Assembly (NCBI RefSeq): GCF_001194135.2
Contig: NC_068990.1
Span: forward strand, 63,836,338 to 63,900,337
Direction of reading: 5' to 3'
DNA: 64,000 nucleotides
Source of the DNA: Octopus bimaculoides
Taxonomy: Eukaryota
Shown piece after piece: positions 13,201-28,100 of the stretch. Positions within the stretch are counted from its first letter, which is position 1; every line of letters begins with the position of its first letter. The translations under genes were made by a program, and so were the position numbers. Under the pieces are notes generated by a model, which was given only the letters and a program-made list of their open reading frames with translations, searched no databases and was not told where the DNA came from.

Positions 13201-16200
13201 AAGAAATAATAATAAATCATTTATTGGAGTTGAGATTTTGAGTGTTCATGAATAGCTAATGTGGAGTGAAAACGTCTTATTATTGCATGAAATTGTAACA
13301 TGATCACTAACTTCTTAGTCATGATTAGCACAGGCAAAAGTGGTCAACTGTGTAAATATTTAATTTCATATATATATATTTTGTCCAATATAAAATTTCT
13401 GTGCAATTTGCTTCTTATATTTTTCACTACAATTCACCAACTAAAAAAAAAAAAATTTATGGAACATACACTCACACACACCTGTGTGTGTGTGTCTGTA
13501 CTATTCTCTGTTCTATAGTTAATCTAATCTAGTTAATGTCATGTTTTGTTATTCAGTGAAAACTACATATTTGGCAAATTTGATGCATTTTGCAAACGTC
13601 TTGAACGTGTCAATGAAATGGTTAATATAATGACAGCATTTTCAGTGCTTCAAGACATTAAGATAGAAGGCATTGATACCATTGTGGTCAAGTACAAAAC
13701 CATTGTGGAATCCGTGAAAAAGAAGAATTATGACATTTTGGATCACAGAAAAACAGAGGTTAGAATTATAACATTTATGATCAAATTATTTTATTATTAT
13801 TATTATTATTTCATTAGTTCCATAAGTTTAAAAATTGCTTTTAAGTACATTGCTGTACTTGAATGTCTATATCGTCGTCATTTCAGTATTTACTTCTCAA
13901 TACTTACATGGCACAGATGAGAATATGTTGGGTAGAGTTTTCCATGGCAGGATGCCCTTCCTATCAGCCTCCTCTCTACCATTTCTGTTTTCATATGAGG
14001 TAATGATCTCCCAGTCTGTCAAGCACCAAACTGAAGAACTGGAAACAAACAACACCAAAACAAGCCTTTTGTCTTCAAAGATATCATAACATGACAACTC
14101 ATGCTGTTAAGCCGGGTCATACTTTTGCTGTGGGCTGCAAATGCAAATGAATGACACTATTAGTGAAGCCATTGCTTTCAGTAAATAAGTGAAATACATG
14201 TATAGACACAAGAGAAATATAAAATCCCTTACACAAATATACACACATACATATCAGCAATGGGCTTCTTTCAGTTTTCATCTAAAACATTAACAGTTTT
14301 ACACAAATATATACACAGTAAAGCAAAGCTGCATGATTAACTTGGTAATCTAGGGGTTTATACCCAGTAGCATTTGTACATGTTCACATACAAACATAGA
14401 CTAAAAGAGGATGAGGTAGGATTTGCACTCTGACTTCATAAAACTCCCACCAGCAGTGACGACCCAAACAGACCTATGAGGTCGGAGAGTTGTTGCCTGA
14501 GTGGTGCAAAGCTGTCATCTGTCAGAAGGAGGGAATTACCAGCAAATAGTGGATGCATCAACATGATGTTACAGTACATGCTCCCATACTACTACTACAG
14601 CTGCTGATATAGAAATTAGAACTCAGAAAATAAGCTTTTGGTTCAATGCATAAAATGCAAATGTAAATCGAGCAGTTAGAAAAAAGAAAACTGTAAACAG
14701 TGAACTCATTGTGAACAAAAATTCAAAGATATTGAATTTATGTTCACAACTAATTTGTTCATGCTTCCCATTCTTGACTTTATCAAATGTGGAATTTGCT
14801 AGCTGATTCAATCTGTGGACCTATCTGTGGATTCTGGTAATTCCTTAGATTTAATCTTGATTGGCAAATGGAATCCAGATTCATGCAAAAATGTCATTGC
14901 AAATGGAATGAAGACACAGTTCTTGGTCATAATCGCTTTTTCAGGGGAAACAAAATTCTTGGTGTGTTTTAGACAATTTTTAAACTCTCCCCACAACCTA
15001 TCTTGCCAACATATCCTCCCCACCCACGACCACCACCAGTTACATGCCCTTCCCCTCTCCTTTGCATACTTCTCCCCTCTTTATGCCCTCACATATCTTT
15101 TCTACAACCAACCCCTGTCACTCCAGTTTCTCTCACTATCATTTGTGACAGTCACCTCTTCCCACATCTCTTAACATCTTCCCTCTCACTGTTATGTAAC
15201 ATCCACTTCTATCCCCTCTGTACTACTTATAGTTACCTCCCCCCACCACAACTGTACTTTGTGGGTATGTCTTGATAGATCTCTACCACCATCTGTTTCT
15301 CTCTCTTTCACTTTGTCTGTCTTTTTATCTTCCTCTCTAACTCTATCTCTCTTTCCTCTCCTTTCTTTTCCTGCTAGGGTAGCCAAGTATTTCCTCTATA
15401 GTAAAACACCTATCCCTCGGTTATACTTTAACCTTTCGACTACCACTCCCTCAATAACATTCCCTCTCCCAACCAAGTGGATCTTTGTCATGCAAGTATT
15501 CGGTGATTCCACTGGGGCTGGGGCTGCATAAAAAGCACGCAGTACACTCTATAAAGCAGTTGGCATTAGGAAAGGCATCCAGCTGTAGAAACCATGCCAG
15601 AACAGATAAAGGGAGCCTGGTGCAGCTCTACGGTTTGCCAAATCCTTTCAAACCATCCTACCTATGAAAGCATGGAAAACAGACAATAATTGACGGCGGC
15701 GGCGGCAGCGACGTTTCATAAAATAAAGTTATTTTTAAGAATTAGACCAGTGTGGTAAGAAGCTTGCTTCCTAACCACACAGTTCTGCAATCAGTCACAC
15801 TCTGTGGAACCTTGGGCAAGTGTCTCTTTCTATAGCCTCAGACTGACCAAAGCCTTGAGAGCAGATTTGGGAAACAGAAACTGAAAGAATCCCCTTGTAT
15901 GTGTGTGTGTGTTAATGTCTGTGTTTATCCCCCAACACCATTGAACAACCAATTTTGGTTTGCTTACATTCCCATAACTAAACAGTTCGACAAAAGAAAC
16001 TGATAGAATAAATACCAGGCTTTAAAAAAATTAAGTCATGGGATAGATTCATTCAACAAAAAGTTCTTCATGGCAGTGCCCCAGCATGGCTACAGTATAA
16101 GATAAAAGAATAATTTAATTCTGTAAAATGATTTTAATAAAGTATATACTTCTCACTGTTGTTGCATCTCTGATAGAAGTGCAAATTGCATCCCAAGAAG

Positions 16201-18711
16201 AGATCCCTTTTAATATGTTATATCTTAACTTATTTATAATTTTGTTTTTCAGTTTTTTTTGTTTTTAATTCTAAATAGTTACCATATTAATTAATTGTGT
16301 TCCTAGGGTGAGAACATAACTCTTAGCTTGCTTTCCTACATTGTTGAAAATTAAACATTAACATCATCAACATGTGTTATGAGCACACAACAGTTTTAAT
16401 GGAGGAGTCAATTGCTTATGTATTTGTGTAGATGCCCCTCTTCAACACACTTCCTATGATACTGTCAGTTTTTATCAACTTTTACATTAGGTTTTGTGTA
16501 TTTGCATAAAATCACTGCTCAGAGGCTGTATGCATAAACATATTTGCAATTTGATTTTGGTTTACACATTTTAAAAAGAATTAGACCATGTCCATAGGTG
16601 GAGGCGTAACTGTGTGGTAAGAAACTTGCTTCCTAACCACATGGTTTTCTGCGTTCAGTACCTCTGTGTGGCATCTTGGGTAAGTGTCTTCTACTATAGC
16701 CTTGGGCTGACCAAAGCCTTTTGAGTTTGATTTGGTAGATGGAAACTGAAAGAAGACCATCGGATACATAAATGTATATATCTATGTGTGTGTCTTTGTA
16801 TCGCTGTTGCCCCCCCCCCCGTACCACTTGACAACTGGTGTTGGTATGTTTATGTCCCTGTAACTTAGTGGTTTGGCAAAAGAAACTGATAGAATAAGTA
16901 CCAGACTTTAAGCAAAAAAATAAGTCCTGGGTTGATTTGTTCAGCTAAAACCCTGTCCCGTAGCCAAATGACAGAAACAAGTAAAAAATAAAAGATACAA
17001 GATCATTCACACACGCACGCACGCACGCACACACGCACACACACACACACACACACACTCACACACACACACTCACTACTTGTGACAAGCACTCATATTG
17101 TTTAGTATTTCTTGCCAGCAAAACTGTGCTACAAAGAATAGAATTTGAGACGCCACTCAATAATCAGAATAGCTTTTGGTCTCACCACACTATTTGAGAA
17201 TTTAATGGTTGCCAGGTAAGGTTTTACTGAGTAAGAATCTTGAAGAGTGAAATGGGTGAGAGGGAGAGGAAAGAGGGAGAGATGGGTTGGAAAAGAGTAG
17301 CATTGGAGGAAAATAAACAAAAGTGGAGAGGGCTAAGAGAAGCAAAAGATATAGAGAAAGAAAGTAACAAAAGAGCAAGAAAAAGGAGGAGAAGAGGAAA
17401 GAATGATTTAGAGAAAAGCATTCATTTATAAAGAGAGAAAACAGGAAAGCAAAAGATAGATAAATGGATATTTATACCTGTCCGTCTGTCTGCCTGTCTG
17501 TCTGTCCGTCTGCTTGCTGTCCGTCAGTCTGTCTGCATGTATGTCTGTCTTTTCATATGTATGTATGTATGTCTGTCTTTCCATATGTATGTATGTATGT
17601 CTCTATGTCTGTCTGTGTGTCTGTCACTGTCGGTCTTTATACTTGTCTGTGTCTCTATATCTGTCTGTACACCTGTCTGTTTGTCTCTCTCTCTCACTAT
17701 GTCTGTCTATCTGTCTGCATGTATGTATAGCTGTCTGTATGCTTGTCTGTCTGTTCGTATGTATGGATGGATGGATGTTAGTTCTGCTGGTTAGAGACGT
17801 AAGAGTTGAACTCAGCCATTACCTCAAAGTACTATTTCAAACTGTTAAATGTTTGGTATGCCGACAAATAACTCTGTGTTCATGTGTATATCAAGATTTT
17901 GTTTTTTGTACTACTAAATCTTAAAATTCTGTAACTAGGTAGCAAAAGTGAGAGAATCGTCAACCTAATAGGCTAAGGATTAGGAGGAATTCTTATCTCA
18001 TCGAGGAGTGGTTTGATAAACATACTTAACTCTAAATGATCATATTTATGGTTATAAAATAAATATTTGAGCCACTTGCAGATTAGTAAGAACTCTCTGA
18101 TTGATTACCTGACAGTTTGTTGATAATTATGGGTTCAAATCCCCTCAAGTAATGTTGTCAGAAAAATGTTCAGAAAGGGTGATTTTTTAATTTTTTTTAT
18201 GGTAATAATAGCAGTTTCAAATTTTGACTCAAGGCCAGCAATTTTGGAGGATGGGATTAAGTCAATTACATCGACCCAAGTACTCAACTCGTACTTATTC
18301 TATTGACCCCAGAAGGAGGAAAGGCAAAGCTAACTTTGGCAAAGTTTGAAATAAGAATGTGTAAAGATGTACAAAATACTGCTAAGCATTTTGCCTGGAG
18401 TGATAGCAGCTCTGGCAGTTCACCAAATAATAATTCTGACTTCAGCACAAGGCCAGCAGTTTGGAAGAGAGGACATAAATTGGTTACATCAACACTAGCA
18501 CTTGAGTGGTACTTTATTTCATTAGTCCCCAAAGGGATAAAGACAAAGTTAACTTTGATGGGATTTGAAAGAAAGGGCTGGAAGTGCTGCTAAGCATTTT
18601 GTCCAATGTGCTAACAATTCTGCCTGTACATTTCCTTAATGAAAACAATCACCAGTATTGAGTTCTAATGTCAGGTTATTAGCATTGCAATGCCTAAGCA
18701 AAATATTATAT

Positions 18712-18749
<38 letters not shown>

Positions 18750-19077
18750 TTAGCATCTGCTTTCCATGTTGGCATGGGTTAAATGGTTTGACTGAAAGTG
18801 GTAAGCTTGAGAGCTACACCAGGTTCCAATCTGGTTACTATGACTGGATACCCTTCTTAATACCAACCACTCCAAGAGTGTAATAGATGTTTTTTTACAT
18901 GCTGCCAGCAACAGGTGTCGGTTACGTGGCACTGGCATTGGTAACGCTTTCACTTGGCTTGACGAGCCTTCTCAAGCATGGCATATTGCCAAAGGTCTCA
19001 GTCACTTATAAACTCCATGATGCCCAATGTTCGAAGATCATGCTTTTTCCTGGGTCTACCTCTTCCACACACACATG

Positions 19078-19108
<31 letters not shown>

Positions 19109-22100
19109 ACATATACACACACACATATACGCACAAACATCATACATATATCATATATGCACATCTATTTGTACAGGAATAAAAAGAAGTATAATAAACT
19201 CAATAACTAGAACAAGATGTAGTGAAAGGGAATAGAATATGTAAAATTATTGGTTAGATTGTGCTGGGGCATTATACAACTCTGTTCACTAAACCATTTC
19301 TCAAACTGTATGCAAATGTAATCAAATACACCAGTTAGAACTTTTTGTGACATTTGCTGTTGTAAATCACAGCACTTCTAAGGACAACCTCTTAAGCTTG
19401 GTATAGTGTCTTAGTTATAATCTTACTAATAATCTATCTTTTGTATGTTGTTTATATTTTAAATATAGCTGTTTTTGATTTATTATAACTTCTTCAGAAA
19501 GATCGTGGCACCATTTTTTCTCTCAACTGTTTGTTTCATTCATGAAAAATGGCAAATCATAGTTATCTTAGTTTATTTCATGGTTTACTGATGAATTAGA
19601 AATTAGTCAAATTTTGGTCTCACCACACTATTTGAGAATTTAATGGTTGCCGGGTAAGGTTTTACTGAGTAAGAATCTTGAAGAGTGAAATGGGTGAGAG
19701 GGAGACGAAAGAGGGAGAGAAGGGTTGGAAAAGAGTGGCAAAACACTTTTTTTCAAGTTATTCAATGTGGCACATTATAGATTCTTACCCTGTATATTTG
19801 TACTCTTAGGCTAAATATTCTATTTTCTACTCTGCTGGAATTAATACATCCAACTGAAAACAATGTCGCATTTTCCTATTTTACATATAAGTGGTTAGCC
19901 TCAGAAATTAAAAATATTAACCATAATATACACAAATAAATATTTTTGCAAAGCCAGTTTCATTGGATGCAAAATAGTTTTCAAAATGTCATATACAGAA
20001 GGAAATGAAAATTGCAAACAAACTGGAAAATTCATCTTCCATGTTTAAAATAGGAAAAACATTGAAGATACAAAAGTTGTGATGTTTATTATATTGCAGT
20101 TTATTCTATCGTTTATTAGTTTATTCCATCTTTTTGCTAATATTTTGTGTGGTTCTTATTGGTATTTATTAAAGGGTAGTTATCTTTCATGAGAGACAAG
20201 AATCTATAATGCAAGATCTTGAATTCTCTTTCAGTTTAGCTTTCTGCACTCTGAGATTGAATATCACTGTGGAGAACATTGACTTTCACCTCTTTGGAGT
20301 CAATAAATAAAATACCAGTTCCTATACTGGAGGCAATTCTTGTTCTCTTTCTTAATTTCGCTCTGGAAGAAGTTGGCTATAATCAAGCCCAGAAAGTGAT
20401 GGCCTTCACCAGGTTTGAAATACCCAAAACATTCTATATATCATGATGGTACATTTATGACTTCACTAAGAGCTGAAGGAAACAAGAAGAAAGGAATATA
20501 TTTGCTCACTAAACATGGCAACAGTTTATTGCAGATAACTTTCATAAAAAAATATTGTTACCATTTCAATACTACTAAGCCAGCAATAGCAATGTAAAAT
20601 TACCTTGACTAGAAGTACAACAAAATACTTGCAGCAATTCTGAGCATATGACTAACAAGCTAGAAATTCCAGTATGCTATCTACTAAACCATTTCATCTC
20701 AACTGTTAACATAAGATTTATAGCTTCTTTTTAAATATTTTCAGTTTGATCAGGATTATGCAGATTTCCTCTCACAGACTGATAGTATACGGGTGGCAAT
20801 ACAGCATTTTGTTCATGGTTGGATGGAACGTTCCTTGCCTGTAAGCTAAACCTTTTTTTTAATTGCTATCAGATTATTATTAGACTAGCTGCAATGATGG
20901 CTGTTGTTGTAATTTTGTTCCAAGTTAAAACTAATCAGTTCTATAATCAATGTATTCCAGTAACAATCATCTCATCTTATTTTTAAATAGTATACCAAAC
21001 TCTAAAATTAGGTACAATGTGGTAAGTAATAATTGGTTGCATAACCCTTTCACATTCAAACCAGCCATATCCAGTTCAAATATTCTACCAGTTTTATTCT
21101 ACCAGCCAGATCAAGCCTCTTACATCTAATCTGCAATGGTATTTTAAAAGTAAACAGCCACATCATTGAAATCCTGAAGCTATGAGATAATACATGGTTA
21201 CTTCAAAGCAATGTGCATAAATTAAATAAGCATTACATTTGGCTGAGTAATCTGAATGCTAATGAGTTAAATAAAATCCAGCTCTTAAACATTAATAATA
21301 TTGATTATAGTTTTGGATATATGTCACTACTTGTTCATCTTTTTCTGCAGACAGCAAAGGCTATTGAATTAATCTTGAAATTTGAACTTGTAAAGGATTC
21401 TAAACTTGACCTCAGTGACCATTACCACACTTTGCTGCGACATTACAATAAAGACTTAGAAGCTGTTCGCAGGCTATATCAGAAGCAAAAAATGGACCCT
21501 GCCATTGCACGAAACATGCCACCCTTGACTGGTCGAATTCATTGGGTAAGACACCTGTACAGGCAAATTGAAGAACCAATGAAGTTGTTTAGAAACAAAC
21601 CTGATATTCTGAAGGTAATTTTTTCAATATTTTCCTACACTTTAACTATTAAACTAGAGGCTAAAACAGCAACTTAAATTGACAGTATTCATGCTGTTTG
21701 ATTCTTTAAATTGTGGTTATGTTCAAGGATGTTTTAACTCTTTAGCATGTTAATGCTGAAAACAATGCCTGCACACACACAAACACAGAGAGGAAATTTA
21801 TAAAAACAAAACTCAGTTTGATCTGCATTAGCAAAACACAAGAAAAAAAAACAGTTAATAAAATTTAAATACAGGAATTTTAAAATTTTATACATAAGAA
21901 TGTCATAAGTAAGACACTATTTAGACATTAAACTTCTGTTTACCGCCTTATATCTTGGAACTCTTAATATACAGGGTGGTATCAAAAAGTTCCTAGACTA
22001 GTTATGTTTAATAAAAAATAACTTATTTACTTAATTTTTAATACAATATCTTTCGAAATAGTCACCTTACACAGCAATACACTGGTCCCAATGTTCCTGC

Positions 22101-25100
22101 CACTTTTGGAATCTGGCCTGGAAGTTGTTTTCCATGAGTTGAGGACCTTTTGTGTTAAACAGTGTTAAAACAGCAACCTTTCAACTGCATTTTCATTTTG
22201 GGGAAGTCCACAGGTGCTAAATCTGGTGAACAGAGTGGGTCAGAAGTGACACTATGTTGATTGTGGTGAGAAAGTCGTGAGTTAGGAGAGCTTGGTGACA
22301 GGGTGCATTGTCATCATTAAGAATTGGATTCTTCACACTCCACAGATTCAGTCACTTTAGCTGAATGTCCTTCCTCAAATTTTTCAAAACATCACAATAG
22401 AACTCTCAATTGATGGTCTGACCCTGGGGGACAAATTTGTGATGCATAATACCATGCATGTTGAAAAAAAGCAATGAGCAAGCTCTTGACTGAGTTGCAG
22501 CTCTGGTGTACCTTCTTTGGTCGTGGAGATGAAGTACTCTTCCATTGTGCTGACTGTTGCTTCATCACAGGGTACACCCAACTCTCATCACTGACATGGT
22601 CCTTGATGTGAATGAGGGGTCATCAGCTGCATGCTGATGGAGATCTTGACAGACATCAATGTGATGTCCTTTCTGCTCAGTGCTCAGCAGATGGGGGACA
22701 AACTTGGCAGAGACACACTGCATATTCAATTCAGACATTAACCCATTACCTCCCATAATTCTATTAACTGGAATTTTTTTATGAAACTTTGATTTCTAGC
22801 ATAAAACAGCCTGAGAAACACGCTGGAATGATCAAAATAACATTTCAAAATAACATTTTAAATAGAAATAAGCGAGATATTGGGTGAAAAATTAGCAAAC
22901 CTCATTTGAATATCAGAGAAATATACCTAGTAGATATAGCAAAAAGGTTAGATATGTGTAAATATTGACAGATAATTACGAAATTTGTAATTTTTAAGTG
23001 ATCTCATATAAGATCACTGGTAAGTAATGGGTTAAGATTGCCTCCACAGACCCATATGACATGCCAGCAACATCAGCAATGTCATTGATTGTCCTCCAAC
23101 GATTTTCATGCACAAGTCGAGGAATTTTCTCCACATTTCTGGAGAAGACGCTTGTGGCAGGTCTTCCAGATTGCTCATCATCTTCCAGAGATGTTCTTCT
23201 GCCTTTGAAACTCCCCCACTACCACCACACACACGCATATACACAACAGGCTTCTTTCACTTTCCAACTACCAAATCCACTTACAAAGTTTTGGTTCGCC
23301 TGCAGGTATAGTAGAAGAGAAGACATTTGCCCAAGGTGCCATGCAGTGAGACTAAACCTGGGACCATGAGGTTAAGAAGCAAGCAGCTTGCTACACAGCC
23401 ATGCCTGCTCCTATATTGATTTTCTTTTTCAAATCCTACTCATTTACAGTATTTTCTACTAAGGACATTACTTTACTTTTATAGCTAAAATAAATACATA
23501 CATGTTTGTGCATGTGTATATGATTTAGTCTAAAGCCTACTTACAAATAATATTGATATTAATAATATTAATTTTATATAGGGTTTACATCCAGTAATTC
23601 ACTATCGCTTTAACTCATTTAGCCATTTGTACCTATGCTGATTTAATCAATTGTTCAGTTAAATCATCATCATCATCATCATCATCCCCACCAAAACCAC
23701 CACCACCACTGATTCTATATCAATTATTACTGCACAGTATTTTTGTTATTATTCATAAGTATTCATCTTAGCTTTGCTGCTATGTTGTACATTACTGTAT
23801 TGTTTTATATTAATATTTGATCAAGTTCTTTCAAGATGACTATACATCGTTTGCAACATCTTTGATTGTGTATAAGATACAGTTTATTTATGCTGTTATG
23901 TTATTATGTATTCTAGACACAATGCTCTGGCATGCTATATCAAAATATTCGTGGTCATAAACAAGCATAAAAATGTATGTGTAAATGACGAGTGTACATA
24001 TGTATCTACAGATATATATTTGATAATCTACACACATATATGAGTGTGTGTGTGTGTGTGTGCGTGCGCACGTGAATGTATATGGCTATGTATCTATTGC
24101 TGTATTGAAGTCAATTCCATCACAAACACAGCAGTAGGTCTTTACCAGGTGGTAAAAAATCTAGTGAAGAGATTTAAAATTAACAATTGACAGTCAAAAA
24201 TGAGATTAGAAAAGCACTCTGTGAAGGTGAGGAAGTCAAAGTATCACAGAAACAGTACTGCAACGACCTCTATAAGAAGAATGGCAACACTGTGATAGGA
24301 CCATTAATACACTATCCTGTTGATACCAATGAACCACCACTCTGTCTGCTATGAATTCAAGAAAATAATTAGAGAACTGAAAAGTAAAAAAGTTCTGGCT
24401 TCAGTGAAACAACAGCTGAGTTAATTAAAAATAGCAATAAGCATATAGCAGTATACTTTCAGAAACTATGCACTTTGATCTGGATAAATAAAAGCTGGTC
24501 AGATGATTGGGTTAGGTCAATATTTACAGTCGCTCCTAAATAAAGATATGCCAAGCAAGGATAAAGATCCCCTTCGGTCATGGATGACCATGGGATTGCA
24601 CCTTGAAAGTTACCCTCCAGGGCACAAGTCTGGGCAAAGTTGTCTATAGAAGACCAACAGTCATCCATGCATACCAACCTCCCCAATGCCACCAATGTTA
24701 ACCAAGGGAAAGGTAAAGGCCGATACAGCTTGGCACTGGTGACATCACAGCTCATTTCTACAGCTGACTGAACTGGAGCAACATGAAAATAAAGTGTTTT
24801 GCTCAAGAACACAACACACAACCCAGTCTGGGAATTGAACTCACTACCTCATGATTGTGAAGCCAACACTCTAACCACTGAGCCATGTGCCTTCTTATGG
24901 TTATGTACGGGATGTGCAGCAATGCAATAGAACTATGGCACTGATAAGCCACTGCAGCAAAATTCTACTCAAAATCATCTCAAACAGAATAAAAACGAAG
25001 CTAGAAGAAAAAAATTAGTGAAGAGAACAAACAGGTTTTAGATCTGGAAGAGGAACAAGAAACCAAATATTGAACCTTAAAATGGTAACTGAAAAGGATC

Positions 25101-28100
25101 AGGAATATAATGATGACATTTTTTTTGTTTCATTGATTACAAAAAAAGCCCTCAATAATGACTCACTTAATGTATCATGGATCAATATGATCAAAATAGG
25201 GCAGCAAGCTGGCAGGACCGTTAGCACGCTGGGCAAAATGTTTAGCAGTATTTCATCTGCTGTTATGTTCTGAGTTCAAATTCCACCAAGGTCGACTTTG
25301 CCTTTCATCCTTTCGGGTTCGATTAAATAAGTACCAGTTACACACTGGGGTCGATGCAATCGACTTAATCCCTTTGTCTGTTCTTGTTTGTCCCCTCTAT
25401 ATTTAGCCCCCTGTGGGCAATAAAGAAATAAATATGATCAAAATAGGATTCCCTTCTTATATAGTAGAATTTATCAAAAACTTGTATGTGAAACAAAGGT
25501 GCAGTAGTTCAAGCAACTCTTGGGCTAATAGACTGATTTGATCTCAAACAATGTGTCTGCCAGGACTGCATTCTTCTCTGCACCTCTTTAATATATACTA
25601 TGAGAGACACGCTGTATGGTTTCACTGGAAGCATCAAAATTAATAGTAAAGTCATCACAAATCTGAGTTATGCAGACAATGTAGTCTTCATAGCTGCCAG
25701 CCTGCAAGAACTACAAGGTTTAGTTAATTGAGTAAACAATGCAATTATTCAAATCCTCCCAAAACAAAAGCATTGAAAATAGCTAAAAACACAAAAAATG
25801 ATGCATAACTATAAACAATGGAAATATCAAAAACATAGAAGAATTTGGCATTCTTATTTGCAATGACTAGAATGACACCTGTGAAATATAGAGAAGACTG
25901 AGTATAGCCAAGACTGTACAAAGTTCAATGAGCACCAGATGGTGACAACCAGAATTACTGACCTATATAAATGAGAGATAAAAATTACATCTAAAACCCT
26001 GCGGCCTATATATATACTGGCCAGCAACTTTATCTCAGAGCAGTTTCATTGAGATTCTATCAATGACCAAGTTATAGTTAGTGTGATAAAAATTTTGATA
26101 ACAGGGTAATATTGTGAGCAGGACAAGTAGGAAGGAAGATGAGAAGAAATTAAATAAAATAGAATAAAATCAAATAAAACAGGATAAGATGCAATAAAGT
26201 GGGGGGAAATGAAAGAGAATAACAGTGAAACAATATAGAACACAATAAAAGGTTGCAGAGTACAAGGATGTTTAATTTTCTGCAACATGTTATCCAAATA
26301 ATAATGTTTAAGTGAAGTTATCAATTTTTGTGTGTTTTACAATGACCAATATGTGTTCTCCATGCTTTAGTTTCAATGTATCATCTCAAATCAGATCATC
26401 TGCCAGTAAAGTACTTCTCTGAAATATTATATGAAAGTTACTGAAACAGTTGTAGCAGTGAAAATTTTGAACATATCACTGATATTGTTTTCTGTTGTTC
26501 TGTCATGAGTGTGTGTGTGTGTGCACGCATGCGTGTGTGTGCGTGTGAGCGTGCATGCATATGTGCATGCAGGCATGTTAAATTTACATAATATTATTTT
26601 CTGAAGCGTTGAATGTGATGTTTTTGTTGCTTACAGCATCCAGATGCACAGAGTATTATTGCCAGCTATAATAAAATGGCCAGTGTCTTATTGGAATTTG
26701 AGGTAAATTGCAATGTGCTTGTTTATAAGAGGGTATATTATGTGCATAGAGAAAAAGAGAGAAAATGGTAGAGTAGTGGATGGGAGTGGATTAAATAAGT
26801 TAGAGAAAGAGAGAAAAATTAAGAGAGTGTTTCATGCAAACAAATAAACCATATTATAGAGGGTTTTGAAAAGAATTTTGAAATTTAATTTGCTGGATTT
26901 GACACAATGTTGGATAAATCATGGCCTTTTCTGATTTATAGTTGTTGAGAATCCCATGACATCTCTGGCAAAGAAGAGCTGTGACAGAAAGTTATCTAAT
27001 TTTTCTTTAATAAGAATCTTTAATATGACAATCTCTTCAGGCAATGGTTGATTCTATTGTTGTTAGATAGTTCTATATATTATATATATTCCATACCAGA
27101 AAATTAATTAAACTTTGCTGTATTAATTCCATTGTACAGAAATTGTCAGATAAATCCTCAATAATGGCTTTTCAGAGTTAATGCATTTGATAAAAATTTT
27201 GATTTTAAAATCTGTATTCTTGACTATTTATCATTTAGTTACCAACATTTACTGAAGAGAAATGATGCGTGTTTATAATTCTATTTTAGCCAAATGGTTG
27301 GAACCATTGAACTAACTTTGTGAATATCTATAAAAAATTAAAATACAAGGTTACAGTGTTAAGCAGTGATGTATTAGGTGGTATCAAAAAGTTCCAGGAT
27401 TAGTTATGTTTAATAAAATATAACTTATTTACCTGCATTTTAATATCTTCTTCATTGAAATAGTCACCTTGTGTAACCATACACTGATCCCAGCATTCCT
27501 GCCACTTTTGGAATCCAGCCTGGAAGTAATTTTCCATTGGCAAGTCGAGGACTTTCTGTGATTCACACTTGATCTCAACACCGGTGTTAAAACAGTGACT
27601 TTTGAGCTGTATTTTCTTCTTATGGAAGAGATGGAAGTGTGCAGGTGCTAAATCTGGCAAAATGGGCAGGTGCAGAAGTGATACCATGTTGTTTTTGGCA
27701 AGAAAATCACAGCTGAGGATAGCTTGGTGACAGGGTGCATCTAATTATTCACGCTCCACGAATCCAGTGATTTTTGGCAAATGTCCTCCTTCAAATGCCT
27801 CAAAACATCACAGTAGAACTCACAGTTGATGGTTTGGCCTTGGGGGAACCAAATTATTGTTGCACAGTACCACATTTCTGGGGTTGACACTTGTGGCAGG
27901 TCTTTCAAATTGCTCATCATCTTCCAGGGACATTCTTCAGCTTTTGAAGTGCCGATGCCACTCGAAACATTGTGTATGATCCATTGCTTCATTGCTGTAA
28001 GCTTGCTGAAGCATGCCCAATGTCTTTGTAGCAGACTTCCCAAGTTTAACGCAAAATTTCATGTTGGTTCTTTGTTCCTGTTCATGACAAAATCGCAGAC

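Noticed and set aside
17464-17924. Cys/Val/Leu/Ser-rich ORFs
   Set aside because: They translate degenerate (TGTC/TATG)n simple repeats.
13759-20744. A nested or antisense protein-coding gene in the large introns
   Set aside because: No ORF outside the dynein exons and transposon remnants shows recognisable protein character or a consistent exon chain.
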